From: Lingula anatina
Lineage: Eukaryota > Animalia > Brachiopoda
NCBI GenBank assembly: GCA_051362555.1
Contig: CM120648.1
Location: forward strand, 2,209,721 to 2,273,720
Direction: 5' to 3'
DNA length: 64,000 bases
Shown: positions 39,371 through 51,373 of the stretch, one piece after another
How the letters are laid out: every line of letters starts with the position of its first letter
How positions within the stretch are numbered: the first letter of the stretch is position 1
Position numbers and translations under genes: made by a program
Notes under the pieces: model-generated
The model's input: only the letters and a program-made list of their open reading frames with translations
Told to the model about the DNA's origin: nothing
The model's database searches: none

Positions 39371-41949
39371 TGCAGTGTAATATAGGCATGTAGGCAGCAT
39401 AGAGCTTGCGATTAATGGGTGATAAGTCAATTAAAATTTTGATAAAACGTTAGTACACAACTCTTCGTGATATCGTCATAGGCCTGAATGAAACACAGGG
39501 TGTCTGTCTGTAAAAAACAATTTTTTAACAAGTCCAAGATGCATGGCAAAAGAGCCTGCTGATTTGCTTTTTTTTTTTTTTTTGAAATTTTAAAAAAATA
39601 TTCTAATCTAGTTAAAGTGAATATTACGTAACCGATATTACACGTAGGGCGCTGACAATTGCATGGAAAAAAAAACGTAAGCTCCTAGAATTGTTAAGTC
39701 GGAAGTCCGGCGGATATTGTCTTCTCAGTCTTGTAAATTAGTAGGCCTATCAAACAAGACCGTTGGATAGGGCCCATCTACATATACTCTGATAAAAAAA
39801 AAAAAAAAAAACAGAGCCCCAAAATTATTTCATCAACACGCATGTAAAATAATTATGGGCAGCGCGAGCCAGTTACTTCCAAAGCTCATTTGACAAATCC
39901 TGTAAAAAGGCATCATCAGCTTCTGCATTTTAGTTCTTAAAGGGTTTGCTTCATGCCGTCAGAATGGCCTGAACGGAACATATTCTTCAGAAAACATGCC
40001 CAACTAACGATATCTTTATCCAAATACACAAATTAAAAGCTCATTTTGTAAATTTTTGGCTTTAAAAAACGTCCTATTTGCTCGGCCTGGGAGTTAATGA
40101 GCTACGTGGTCACGTGGTCCAATGACGACAATCGAGCCACTGGAGAACAGAGCGTGCTTAGCTGTCAAACTGAGCTGCATTGTCTACCTGTAAGATGACT
40201 TCTCTGGCTTCTGATAAAAGTTTATACTCATTCAAATCTCTTACCCGAGGGGTCTAAATCCTCGTGAAGCTGTGTAAAACCATTTCCCGTCTAGTCATTT
40301 CTTTAACAAGCATTTCATTATGGTTATCCCAAGTTGTATAAAACACTGCATTTGAATGAGTTAAGGGAAATGTTGATTATTGCATATGAGGTCCATGTTA
40401 TTTGTGAAATTCAATTTATTTTATTAAACCGCTGACACTCCGTCTTGCATACTTTTATTAAACTGAGGTAAACAATGCCCGTTACCTTTACAAGTCCTAT
40501 CTTAATCATCCATCTACCTGGAACTTCCTTTACCTCTTAATTAGAGGGTTAAATGGCATTCAATTTGTCTTGCTTGTATCGAACGCAAATTAAATTTAGC
40601 TACTATATGAGGTACATTTGCTGTGATTACGCTGTCCTTCATGTTTTGCGTAAGTCTACATTTTGCTGTATGTGCTTGTAATCTTTTTAAATATGTGCGT
40701 ACAATTTTTGCAGGTCTGGTTACCCCCCTGTTATGTGATGAGAGTATTAATTTGGAAATTAGTTCCTTAGCTTATTTGAATAGAATTGCAGTGTAAAATT
40801 TTCAACAAGATGTTGGCGAAATAGCCCATTACTCTTTGTAGGTATTTCCCCCGTCAAAGTTTGTCTAAAATTATCTTTCAATCTTTACTCTTTCAAAGAC
40901 AGTATAAAGTTACCTGACATATTTTCGTGTAAACTTAATGACAAGCCAAGTGTCTCCAGTTCATTCCGTACTCAATTTTACCCAAGCAAATTTTTTTCTT
41001 GAGTAGATCTTTATAGCACGTTGTTATAAGCTTACAAATTTGCAAAAAAAAAAAAAAAAAAAAATTGCGTACTGACGCAGAATTTGCGTTTCAAGTTATA
41101 AAATAATCAATCTTTTAAATTATTTAATATTTCAGATGAAATAATCTTCAGAAACAAATCCTCAAAGCATAAACGAATTAGGATAACGAACCATTTTATT
41201 ATAGCAGTTCCCATTTTTTCTTTAATATAACGCTCTTTTTCCTGTTTTTCCTCAACACGTTTTCTTCCACGGAAGCTCCAAGATACCCTGAGAGCAATTT
41301 CTTTTATTAATGTTCTCGACCGTGTTTGAACTTAATTGTTTAAGTATTGATATTTAACGTCATTTACAAATACCAATAAAATAACCCCATGAAATAAATG
41401 AGATATATCGAAAAATATGAAAGCCCACCAAGACGAGTTTCATACCTGTTATTACCTGGCTTGGGAATTGCAGCGGTGCATAATTAACAGGTTTGTTGCA
41501 AACGAGCTTTTGGTCAACTACAATGCATTTAAAATGCATCAGCAATCAGTAAGTTTGCCAACTGATGACAGTTTTAAAATCTGAAAGACTACCAGCTCTT
41601 GATATGATCTAAACCACCTGAGGTGACCATGATCTAGAGCATCGCAACTATTGTCACCGAAGTTAGTAAGTAAGTCACGGAAGACCGTCACAGACAAAGA
41701 AAGATTGTCAACGAGAGCTGCAATTTTGGTGAATCCCACGGCAACACACCGAAGCATAACGAAAATTCCTCAACTCCGTTCAACACAACTTTCCCTAACT
41801 TCTCCGTCTGTATGCACCTGCAGCTCAGTAGAGTCTCATAGACCTTTATCGTGATTGTCGTCACAGTACCACGTGACCCAGATCTGTTGCTTCATTTTTG
41901 CATATTGAGGTGAGGTTTACTAAAACACTTTTTTTTCTACTAATAGATT

Positions 41950-44900
41950 GTTTTTATAATTTTTAAATGGCGGGGATCGATTAAAACATACCTCTAGTGT
42001 ATAGATTGAGTGCTGTATCTTCAAAATTCGAGAAATGGATTTTTACATGAACATTGTCCTTTAAATTTTGAATTACCTTTACGAGTTACCTTTGTATTTT
42101 CGTAATTTGCAAATTTATCTTTTGTATATGTGCCCCATTTTTTAAACTTAAAATTAAATACAGACTTGACATTTAATATGGAATATTTCAGTTTCGAAGG
42201 TATACCTAGGTAAAAATGCGTTCTTTTTTCAAAAAAACTCGGATCTCATATAGGATTTGTGATGGAGAACTGTGTAGTCAGGTGTGTCGCTACCAATTAA
42301 CTGACTTTCATGTCTGTCGCGCTGCTACATTATGAAATATGCAGTGATTTAATTGGGTAGTGTTCCTTTGGGCTGGTCAAAGCTTGGCTTAGGCAAAGCT
42401 TGGTTCTGTCAAAAAAGTATCCATATGTCGACAACTACTGCATAGAAGAATTTGAAATTTTGCATGCAAGCGGTCAGTTTTGCAGTGCGGAAGATGAGTC
42501 AAGTAGTGCATTACAAATTTTTTAATCTATGGCAGAATGGCGCAAAAAAGACAGACATTACCAGACAGATCATAGCGCCAAACAGAACGGTCCCCACAGT
42601 TTTATAGAGTAATGCCCAGACTGATGTACCTACACAGAGGTCACCCCCCAGTGTATCAAAATCTTACCTACAGGGTACAGGACCCACTGTCTTTCGGGAT
42701 ACGCTGCTGCAACTGAACAAAAAACACTTAGTCCGTTCAGAACAAGGGGTAAATTGCCACCAAAATGCGTTTTTCAATGCCCTTAGCAAACACCAACCTG
42801 GGTTTAGCAGGTAAAAACACCAAACGACCTCTGAGGCACCCACTGTAAACAGCAAAACATCGTCGTCTGTTTCTCTAATGAATTGGGGGGGGGGGGGGCA
42901 TGACCGTTTCTGGGTAGAACAATGAAACTGCATGGCTTTCTTTATTGAGGTCAGATTTCACCTGTACCGCCCAATTAGTCAAACAGAGTTTACAGATATC
43001 CAGAAGAGGCCTACGATGAGGCAAATGCCGGGTCTAAAGTGAAAAGGGTGATTGACAGCGTCAGTATTTGAAGTGGATACCACATTGGTGCCAAAACACC
43101 AATGGTAGTCATCGACGAAAAACTGAACCAGATCAAATTAAGGAATAATCTCGGAACCACTTGACTATCATTTGATAGGGGGCACCTTAGGAACAATTTT
43201 AGGTTGCACGGTGAGGTTGCAGGCTCACACAGGGCACTTTAAATAGCAGATAACTTACAGAACCAAGGGAATGAGCAGCTACCTTGGTCATCAAAATCGC
43301 CACATTTGAACCACATAGACAATATTTCGGTAGGCCATTACTCGCCGAATCAACTGCCTACATGTCCTACAATAAAACTGGACCAGATTGGACACTTTTA
43401 GACCGATGCCTGGAATATCATTCCAGATTGAACTCTAAAAACCTACCCCAAGGAATGCCTTGCCGCTAGAGAGCGCTGGCAACAGCCAGAAGAGGCCAGG
43501 CGTAACAGCGATCATTACTGTGACTATAGCAACTGACATGAGGGTCTTTTGTGGAGCGTATAACTCTTTTACAGACGATAATTTGGAAAATATGGAGATC
43601 CAAAATATATCTTTTAATGGAAGTCGTATGACATAGAATAGGCAATGTGTTTTTGTTTGCTTCTCTGGCGAATTCCATTAATGAATTGATATCACAATGA
43701 CATCAAAGAGATAACTTTAAGTTATTAAAAAACGATTTTAATCCTTATTTTCATTTATCAGTCAGCAAAATAGGAAAAAACGATAAAAAATTACTTGGAA
43801 AAAAATATTCCATATTAAATGTCAAGTCTGTAAATTTTCTGTAACTTGCCAAACTTCTGTGTCTATAATTTTACTTACGTAATCCTCTTTTTCGTTTTGT
43901 GTCCTTGGAATCAATTTTATTTGCAAAATGGTATTATTTTCTACACAAAAACTGAAATGTTTAATGCCAATGTTTGCAAATTCACTTTCGTCAATCCAGT
44001 TTGTACTATTCTCACAACATTTTGATTATCTGTAAATCACACGATTTTGCGATTTTTAATAAATTTTGTAAATGACTGCAATGAAATAAGTAACGACTTA
44101 AATTGTCTCCATATTGAGCTCTGCTTTTTCTCAATATCTGATCACATTTTTTTAAACAAATCTCAAAATTGCATCCAAACAAATAACCACCGTGTGTGTG
44201 TTCGCCTGCATCTGAAAACCCCAGTATTTTTGGAACATCATTCACGAACATGTCTCTGCGATTTAGTCTGTCTATGTCCGACAACCAAAATTTTAATTCA
44301 TTTAACATATCTAACTTGTCATGCAAATCATCGAGACCATCCCAATTTTCCTACCATTTATCACTTGATACAAATTTCTAGTCATCATTCTCGTTACATC
44401 ACCTATTACTATATATAAATACATAATTTTTCTCGTAACTCCAACTTAACTTCGAGCAGAAATTTTTGATATATTTTTATATATATTATATTTTGATATA
44501 TCCATTATATCAACTTTAAAATCTGCAACTGTTTTGTTAATTATTGAAATTATTGCTGTTTCCAAATCCCAATGTAACCCCAACCAGTTCAACTTTTGTG
44601 CTAATTTCCATATACCAGAAACCAGATTTAATTAAATCGTGTCTGACTAGATTCGTAAAATTTCCACAAGTCTCTGATTTTTCGCTAAATACCAAACCAT
44701 CATACATAATAATTGTTATATGTTTTGATCTCCAATGTTTCACTAAACATCTCAAAACTTTATTGAATATGTAACCTGCTGACGAAATTCTAAAAATAAA
44801 GCATTGTATCATTATCGTATTTCATCTAACCGTTCATACACCAAGAAAATTGGTTGAAAGCAAAAACTGTGATTCCCTAATATATATGTGATAATAACCA

Positions 44901-45510
44901 TCTTTCTAATCAAACTGAAACTTATACCTCCCCAATTTAACATATTGTCGCCTCGTTCGTATCTTTAAATTTTACTTTCTCTTTCCAAATGTATGGATTC
45001 ACGTGTCTTAAATCAAGTACTGCCGTTAGAAGTAACTCTTAACGGATTTACCACCTTTGGGATTTCTTTCACTTCTCAAATTCTAACAAATTTTAACAAA
45101 TTTTTAATGTCTTTGATGACAAATTCTGTGTTTTCAAGAGATGGTTTGTTATTCTTGATAACTGAATCCAACAGAGTCTGAATAAATGGAATGATTTATC
45201 CAATTTTTGAATACGTCTAAAACACAGTTATAAGTCTGTATGCTTTCCCAGAATTGGTAGTTTCTCTTGAGTCTCCCTTTAACATTGTTTTGTTGGTAAT
45301 TCTTCAACTTATCCGAATCTCTCAAATTATTATCGATCATATACTTATCTTGTAATTTTGATTTTCTCGTCTTGCTTCTCTTAGTTTTGTTATCTCCCGC
45401 TACCTGTAGCTTCTCTTTCCCGAATTGTGTGTCCGTATTTTCTTTCACGTGGAGGCCCTGTACCCTGGGTTTGGTATCTGTTTGTGCAGAACTCCCTCCA
45501 ATGGCCATAT
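41950..45510 (-). mobile_element. Decayed DIRS-like retrotransposon (RT-RNaseH-MT remnants), interrupted by a DNA element
   Basis: Remnant peptides VKGRLKRNYQFW, SSAGYIFNKVLRCLVKHWR..IIMYDG (degraded YLDD), ELKFW, FSDAG..GGY, IPRTQNEKEDYVSK and WGTYTKDKFANYENTK; many stops and frameshifts. Confidence 0.8.
42161..43830. mobile_element. Tc1/mariner-type non-autonomous DNA element, 1670 bp
   Basis: TA|CAGACTTGACATTTAATATGGAATATTT ... AAATATTCCATATTAAATGTCAAGTCTG|TA: perfect 28-bp TIRs with a TA TSD. Confidence 0.9.
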
Positions 45511-46583
45511 TCCCCGTAGGTAAATCACTGGTCGTTTTGATTTGGGCATCTTTCTCTTCGAAAAAGAAAATATCCCGTCAGAAACACCTGCAAAATTGAC
45601 TCGTGCAGTTTAAATCCTTTTACCGCTTTCCAACCTGCTTTTGACTTCTCTGCTATTCTTATGTGTTTATTACGCTTTTGTAAAATGTCAATGCTTTCTT
45701 TCAATACCTTTCGGTCTTCTTTTACCTGCTCATCCTTAAAGATGCATACAAAGTCAATTTTTTGTCACAAAAACCAACCAAATGTCAGCATATATAGTTT
45801 CAAGTAGTATAACTAAGAGAATTACCAAAAGGCATTGTTTAATTTTACCCGAAAATGATGTTTGAACGTATTTTTCTGCTGGCATTCTAAGCTGTATGTC
45901 AATGGGGCAGGAAAGTAGGTCACGAAAGTAGGTTAAATTTACAACCAAAAATTTAAAGAAAGGAGCAGTCTAAAGGTCTTTTATGGCTGATCGAGTGATC
46001 TATTCTGTTTATTCTGTATATGGCATGTAGAATTTAATTGAGTCATATAAAAATCTAGTAGAAGTGGTTTACATGTGTTACTGGGAATCCACGCTCCACC
46101 TATGCTCGGTTCGTATGTACCTTTAATTAACATATCTGCTTTTTGAATATTTTCAATTACTTCGGTATTTATTTCTAACTGTTTTTGATTTCCCGTAAAT
46201 TATGATTTTTGCTATACCGTCTTGAACTTTTTGTATTGGCTTTGACTTTCTTTTGCGTGTTCTCTTTTCAACTATTTGAACTGTTTTTCCCATATAGGCT
46301 TTAAACAACGAGAACGTGTCTGCCACATTACCGACTGAACTTTTTTTATTTACATCACCTGTCCTTATTTATGTATCTTCGTTACCCTCTTCTTTATCGT
46401 CTACCACCAAATCTACAAAATCTCTGCTCTCTCGTTCGTCTACAGAATCTTAATTCACTATCCGAATCCTAGTCCTGCCTCCTTTTTTAACACATTCGCG
46501 ATTTACTTCACCAATCCGACGCAGACGGCTGAAACAGTCTCGAATGAAAACTACTCGTCTCGCTATTCCTTTTATACTATTAA

Positions 46584-47529
46584 GGCCACACTTTTTTATT
46601 TTTATGGATGACATCCTGCGCACGCACCGATTTTCGCCCGTTCTCCAAAAAAAAAAAAAAAAAAATTCCCCCCCAGCCCCCAACGAAGTCGGTTGTCGCA
46701 AACGCTTTCTGCGCATGCGTATTATCGCCACGTGGAAATGCGGCCGCTTTGCCGTCAAATTCATCTCTAGCATTACTTTCAAATTACACAACAATAAAAG
46801 TCATAAAGAGAACGGTCGCCGTCGTTTTGGATTGGTATGCCATTGTTATTGGGCATGGAGATATCACCTTTTTACAATTGTGCGAAAGGCTGGCGGCGGC
46901 CAACAATTATCGCCCGAAAAATTTCTGTGAGATTCTGTACAAAGCAGCACATCAATACCAGGTTTTCTGTAGCGAAAAAAAGGTCGACAAGGGCGTCGAG
47001 GTATTTGGCGGGCTGAAGGTCGGACAGGCCACCTGACAGTTTGGCTGCTTCGTGTGAGTTGAAGTAGACAAAATGGCATCGTCCGAAATGACCTTTAATA
47101 GATTTGGTAGTATTAAGCATATCTTTGCATCATTTTTTTAACATTTCTGTGAAGTGTTCAAAATACTTTAATATTCTGAGAATACAAATGAAGACACACT
47201 GTTTGATTGATATTTGTTTTATTGATTGCTATACCAAGTGAATGCATGAAATAACCTTAAATAGATTTGGTAATATGAAGTATATCTATTCATGACTTTT
47301 TTTTTACATTTCTACGAAGAATTCACAATGCTTTAATATTTTGTGAGCATGGATAAAGACATATTGTTAGTTTGAGTCGTGTTTCTGTGGTAAAATATGT
47401 GTTTCCATCTGTGTTCTGACAGCATTCCTTTACATAAGCAGAATTTTTTTTTACTGTTTTTTTTTCGCCCTCTCGCACCGATTTTGGCGTACCCAGAGGA
47501 TGTCATCCATAAAAATAAAAAGTGTGGCC
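46584..47529. mobile_element. Non-autonomous TIR DNA element, ~950 bp (Harbinger- or Kolobok-like)
   Basis: GGCCACACTTTTTTATTTTTATGGATGACATCCT at the left and AGGATGTCATCCATAAAAATAAAAAGTGTGGCC at the right; flanks TAA/TAC give an imperfect TSD. Confidence 0.75.
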
Positions 47530-47639
47530 TACTGCGCAATACTCAATCTGCGCATCTCAAATTCCCCGCCCTTTGAACTCATTTCCTCACCTGACTCGCT
47601 TCTCTAACACATTTACGTTGACTCGTTAAACGACAATAA

Positions 47640-48280
47640 ATTCATCTATCTCCTCCTAGACCATTAGAGTAAGGAAGCTGAAACTTTGGTGAATAGTTAA
47701 CCCATCATCAGGGATGTGCATGGGCACTTTGGAATTTTAGTGCAACAGGGGATTGGGCTCTCCCTAGGGGTGATTGATTCTAAATACTTGTGACATTGTA
47801 TCTGCTATCTCCTCCTAGACCGTTAGAGATAGGAAATTGAAACTATGGGAATTGGAAGATCTATCATCAGGGATGTGCATTTACACTTTGGAATTTTAGT
47901 GCAACAGGGTGTTGGGCTGTCCCCGGGGGATGGTTGATTCTGAATTCTTTTCACATTGTAGTTTCTGCTATTTTCTCCTAGACCATTGCAGGTAGGAAGT
48001 TGAAACTTTGGTGATTATAGTATACCCATCTTCAGAAATGTGCATGGGCACTTTTGAATTTTAGTGCAACAGGGGGTTGGGCTGTCCCTGGGGGTTGGTT
48101 GATTCTAAATTCTTTTAACATTGTAGATTTTTTTACATTTATATTTTTAAATACCTTTGGATGAATGAGATGTGTGTGTACGTGCGTGTGTGGTAAGTGG
48201 TCCCTAGTGGTGAGCTGCTCTATGGGGATGGGCGGGAATATGCGATGGCTACGTATACCCATCGACACCGTCTATTTATT
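47640..48280 (-). mobile_element. Second Helentron/HINE-like element: three ~160-165-bp tandem units
   Basis: CTCCTAGACC...GAAACT...CAGGGATGTGCAT...TTTTAGTGCAACAGGG repeated three times, then a (TG)-rich tract and a short inverted repeat CGATGG..CCATCG near the end. Confidence 0.65.
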
Positions 48281-48307
48281 ATTATTATTATTATTATTAT
48301 AAACGTA

Positions 48308-49045
48308 AGGCCCATATCCTTTACTGTCTTCCTCTTCCTCAATCAAAGTACCTTGTCATTTAAAAATATGACAAAACGCATTACAGGGTATATATACTGA
48401 CAGTCAATGAAAACGCATCATTTATTTATCACGAGACAGGAAAAACACATGATTTTGTAACAGCTGATCACATAATCACTGAAGCGGAAATTTTAAACAT
48501 GCGAGTGACTTAAACTCTTTTATGACAAAACAAGTGCATTTGTACTCGTTTATATGGTTGGAAACGATTATCGGTAAAAAAGTACAAGAAAGTTTTCTGA
48601 TGCGTTTTCATTGACTGTCAGTATGACTACATGTATATTACAGGGTATATAGTTATGCAATAAGATATTCTTATCACCATTCCTGGTACGGAACTTATTC
48701 CTGCAGCGCTTAAAATATAATCAGTGCCTATCTCTGCGACAAACCCGAAACCTGGCTAGTTCTTTCTTTCAGAAATAATAAGTCTTAATGCTCCTTCAAT
48801 AAATATCGAATTCTATAGTCTTTGAGTATTTTGTCACATGTAGCTTTCAGTAGCGTGTGCGTCCTATCGCTCGCTGCTTAATTTACACAAACTCTTCTTA
48901 TTCTGCTTGTTTAGCAGCGCGTGAAGTATGCATGGATGTCTTAAGGAGAGAGAGAAACCAGTGGTACAAAACATACATGGGGGCTCGGGTTAATTCTATA
49001 TCACGGGTCATTTATATCGGGTAGAGAATACGTTGTATTATTTCA
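48308..49045 (+). repeat. Dispersed repeat, copy 1 (partner at 61703-62218)
   Basis: Shared collinear blocks GGCCCATATCCTTTA.TGTCTTCCTCT, ATATCGAATTCTATA and GGGGCT.GGGTTAA.TCTATATCAC. Confidence 0.75.
48397..48621. mobile_element. Tc1/mariner-type MITE, 225 bp
   Basis: TA|CTGACAGTCAATGAAAACGCATCA ... TGATGCGTTTTCATTGACTGTCAG|TA; absent from the partner repeat at ~61800. Confidence 0.85.
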
Positions 49046-49760
49046 TGGGTGTTAAAAATGTATTGCTTCTGAAATAAATTTCGGCTAAAAAGTTTCGTTA
49101 ATTTTTTTTTCGATTTTAATAATATTTTAAGATTTTTATTTGTTATTGCTGCAAGGTTCTTTTGGTACACTCTTACGGCAGCTTTCCGGGCATAAGGTAA
49201 GGCACTGATGACGCCTTGATAGTCAAGGAAATTACAATCTATATTATGTTCATCACAAAAAACGTCCAGACTTTTTACTGAACCAGTATTATCAATCAGG
49301 TCATTAACGCAAGGAACTCCTTTTCGAAACCAAGTTTTATAAAAGATCATCTTTTTATTGATCTTAATATAATCATTTCCCCAAGGTTGCGCTAGAATAT
49401 CATCCGGAGATGTAGTAGAAAATTCTTGCACAGAAGCCCATAATTATTCCTAAAATCTCTTTCCAGAAAGTATTTACATTAGTTTATTAAGATTGCGTGT
49501 AGACTGTAACTCCTTCAATGGAAGTAACAATACGTCAATTCCCCCAAATTCCGCAATATCATCCATTAAAAGAGTTTTCTACGAGGAACAATTATGTGGA
49601 TTTACGATTTTCTTTAGCCATATCAATTTAAGGGCTTTACAGAAGGATTTCACCTCGGGGACCATAAGAATTAATCATAACATTTCTCTTAACTTTAACG
49701 CCAAATATATTTATATAGGCAAGCTCCTGTTTTTCTTTGAAATGCCCTAGCTTCCACCAT
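49045..49760 (-). mobile_element. L1/Tx1-like LINE ORF2 C-terminal fragment
   Basis: Remnant peptides FCKALKLIWLKKI and WGNDYIKI..KMIFYKTWFRKGV..VNDL..FLDYQGVISALP. Confidence 0.7.
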
Positions 49761-50025
49761 ACTGTACACTACCACGACCGGTAGGTCTGTCGTGGGGGTG
49801 GGGGGGGGACCCACAAACATCCTTTTATGCCGAGGAAAGGTCTTCTCTAAGTAAATATTGGTCTATGTACACGGAGGTTTCATTGTTAAAGGTCCATATT
49901 TTTCTTCAGAACCTCCCCCCCCGCGTCCTTTGAAATTGCTGGCTACGGGCCTGTAAGTACTGATACATGAAAACAGCTTAATAAAAATAGTAAAAACTAC
50001 TCTCTAAAAGGGTTGCAGGGAAAAT

Positions 50026-50250
50026 GGGAAAATCCAGAGATAGTGGAATGGCCGTCTATTCATCTAAAGACATATCTGTAAATATCCTTTGAAAAGTCGA
50101 TCTGTGGCTCTGGTAGACGGTAGGTACCGGGTAAATACACAGCATAGAATTCCCGCTGCCAGTTTCTCTTTCATTGTTCCTTATTATTATCTTCAGGGAC
50201 TATTTTCGCGTTACATGAATGCTTTTCTATATCACGACAAAGGATATAAA
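50026..50250 (+). promoter_or_regulatory. Putative IRF/NF-kB-responsive promoter
   Basis: GGGAAAATCC ~50026, ISRE consensus AGTTTCTCTTTC 50161-50172, and GATATAAAG TATA ~50243, upstream of ATG 50319. Confidence 0.55.
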
Positions 50251-50318
50251 GGACTTAGACGTGTCATTCCTTGTATAGTTCCCCATGTCAATGATCACCA
50301 TCATTTAAGTGTGCTAGC

Positions 50319-51373
50319 ATGGGAGGCCTTTTCAGCAATAAGAGCAAATCTTCCGATTCAAAGGAAGAAGACAAAGATGAAATTGATTACCAGCAAAACA
50401 ATTTCTTGTCCAGAGACACGGTGTCTTGTACCAAAAAACATATCCTGCTAATTGGAAATGCGGGAAGCGGAAAATCATCGTTTGTGAATTCCATGTATAC
50501 GGCAGTGTTGGGCAACTACGAGGAGAGGGCTAGGTGTGGCAGCTCTGCAGGACATGATTCAAAGTTTTTTAAAAAGTATGATTTGTCGCAATGCGAGAAT
50601 AAACCGTCGACAAAGATGTTTAAAAAAGACCAGCTCCCAGTTTTATTTGATATGTCCGGACTACGACCAGACGATACCGATAACGAGCGTTTTTCAGAAA
50701 TCCTGAAGGCTATCCTAAGAGGCCGTCTGCCTTTAGGCACCAAAGTTTATGAACTTATCTCCGATGAAAATGCAGAGATACCCGAATGCGACGATGGTGA
50801 CCCCATAGACCGAGTGGTTTTTGTTGCTGCAGCGGACGAGGAACTACCTACAGTGCATTGCGAATCAGTGATGAAAGTATGCGAGGAAGTCCTGGGGGAA
50901 GGTGAGTGCGAACGCATTATCTCTCTTTTTCTTCTTCTTCTCTCTCTCTCTCTCTCTTGCCATGAAATCATGGCAAGTTGTACTGAAAACACATAGATAC
51001 ACTTTTCATTGAAGCAAAATTATTCAGGGGCCTGGGGTTTTTAGAAGTTTTTTTCGTCATTTTAGAGTTTAGACTTTTTGGAATTCTAACCAAATGGGAC
51101 AAGCTGAAATCAAAAAAGGAAGAATCAGAGAAATATTACAAATTTCTCGAAATGATGCATGCCAATGGCACCCCTTACAAGGTACTGGCTATTTCAAATT
51201 ATTGCGGAGATGTTTGTAAAAAACCATCGGATTGGCACAACAGAAAGAAAACAGATGTTCCACTTCTAGCATTCCTCGCTGAGATCTGCAGACCAGAATA
51301 TGATCCAGAGCCTACTCAAAAGACATCTCCGAAAGTGGTGTCTGGAGTTGATGAGGATGATGCCGAAAATTAA
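50319..51373 (+). CDS. IFI44/IFI44L-like P-loop GTPase; 2 exons (50319-50901, 51066-51373), ~296 aa
   Basis: G1 ILLIGNAGSGKSSFVNS, G3 LFDMSGL, IDRVVFV, G4-like ILTKWD, and ISNYC in the C-terminal part; phase-1 GT-AG intron; no TLDc domain seen. Confidence 0.8.

Noticed and set aside
40600-41900. Tyrosine recombinase remnant of the DIRS element
   Set aside because: Expected at this position, but too degenerate to read catalytic motifs by eye.
46450-47120. Cluster of 70-140-aa ORFs in a GC-richer patch
   Set aside because: They lie within or overlap a TIR element, cross a poly-A run, and show no recognisable domain.
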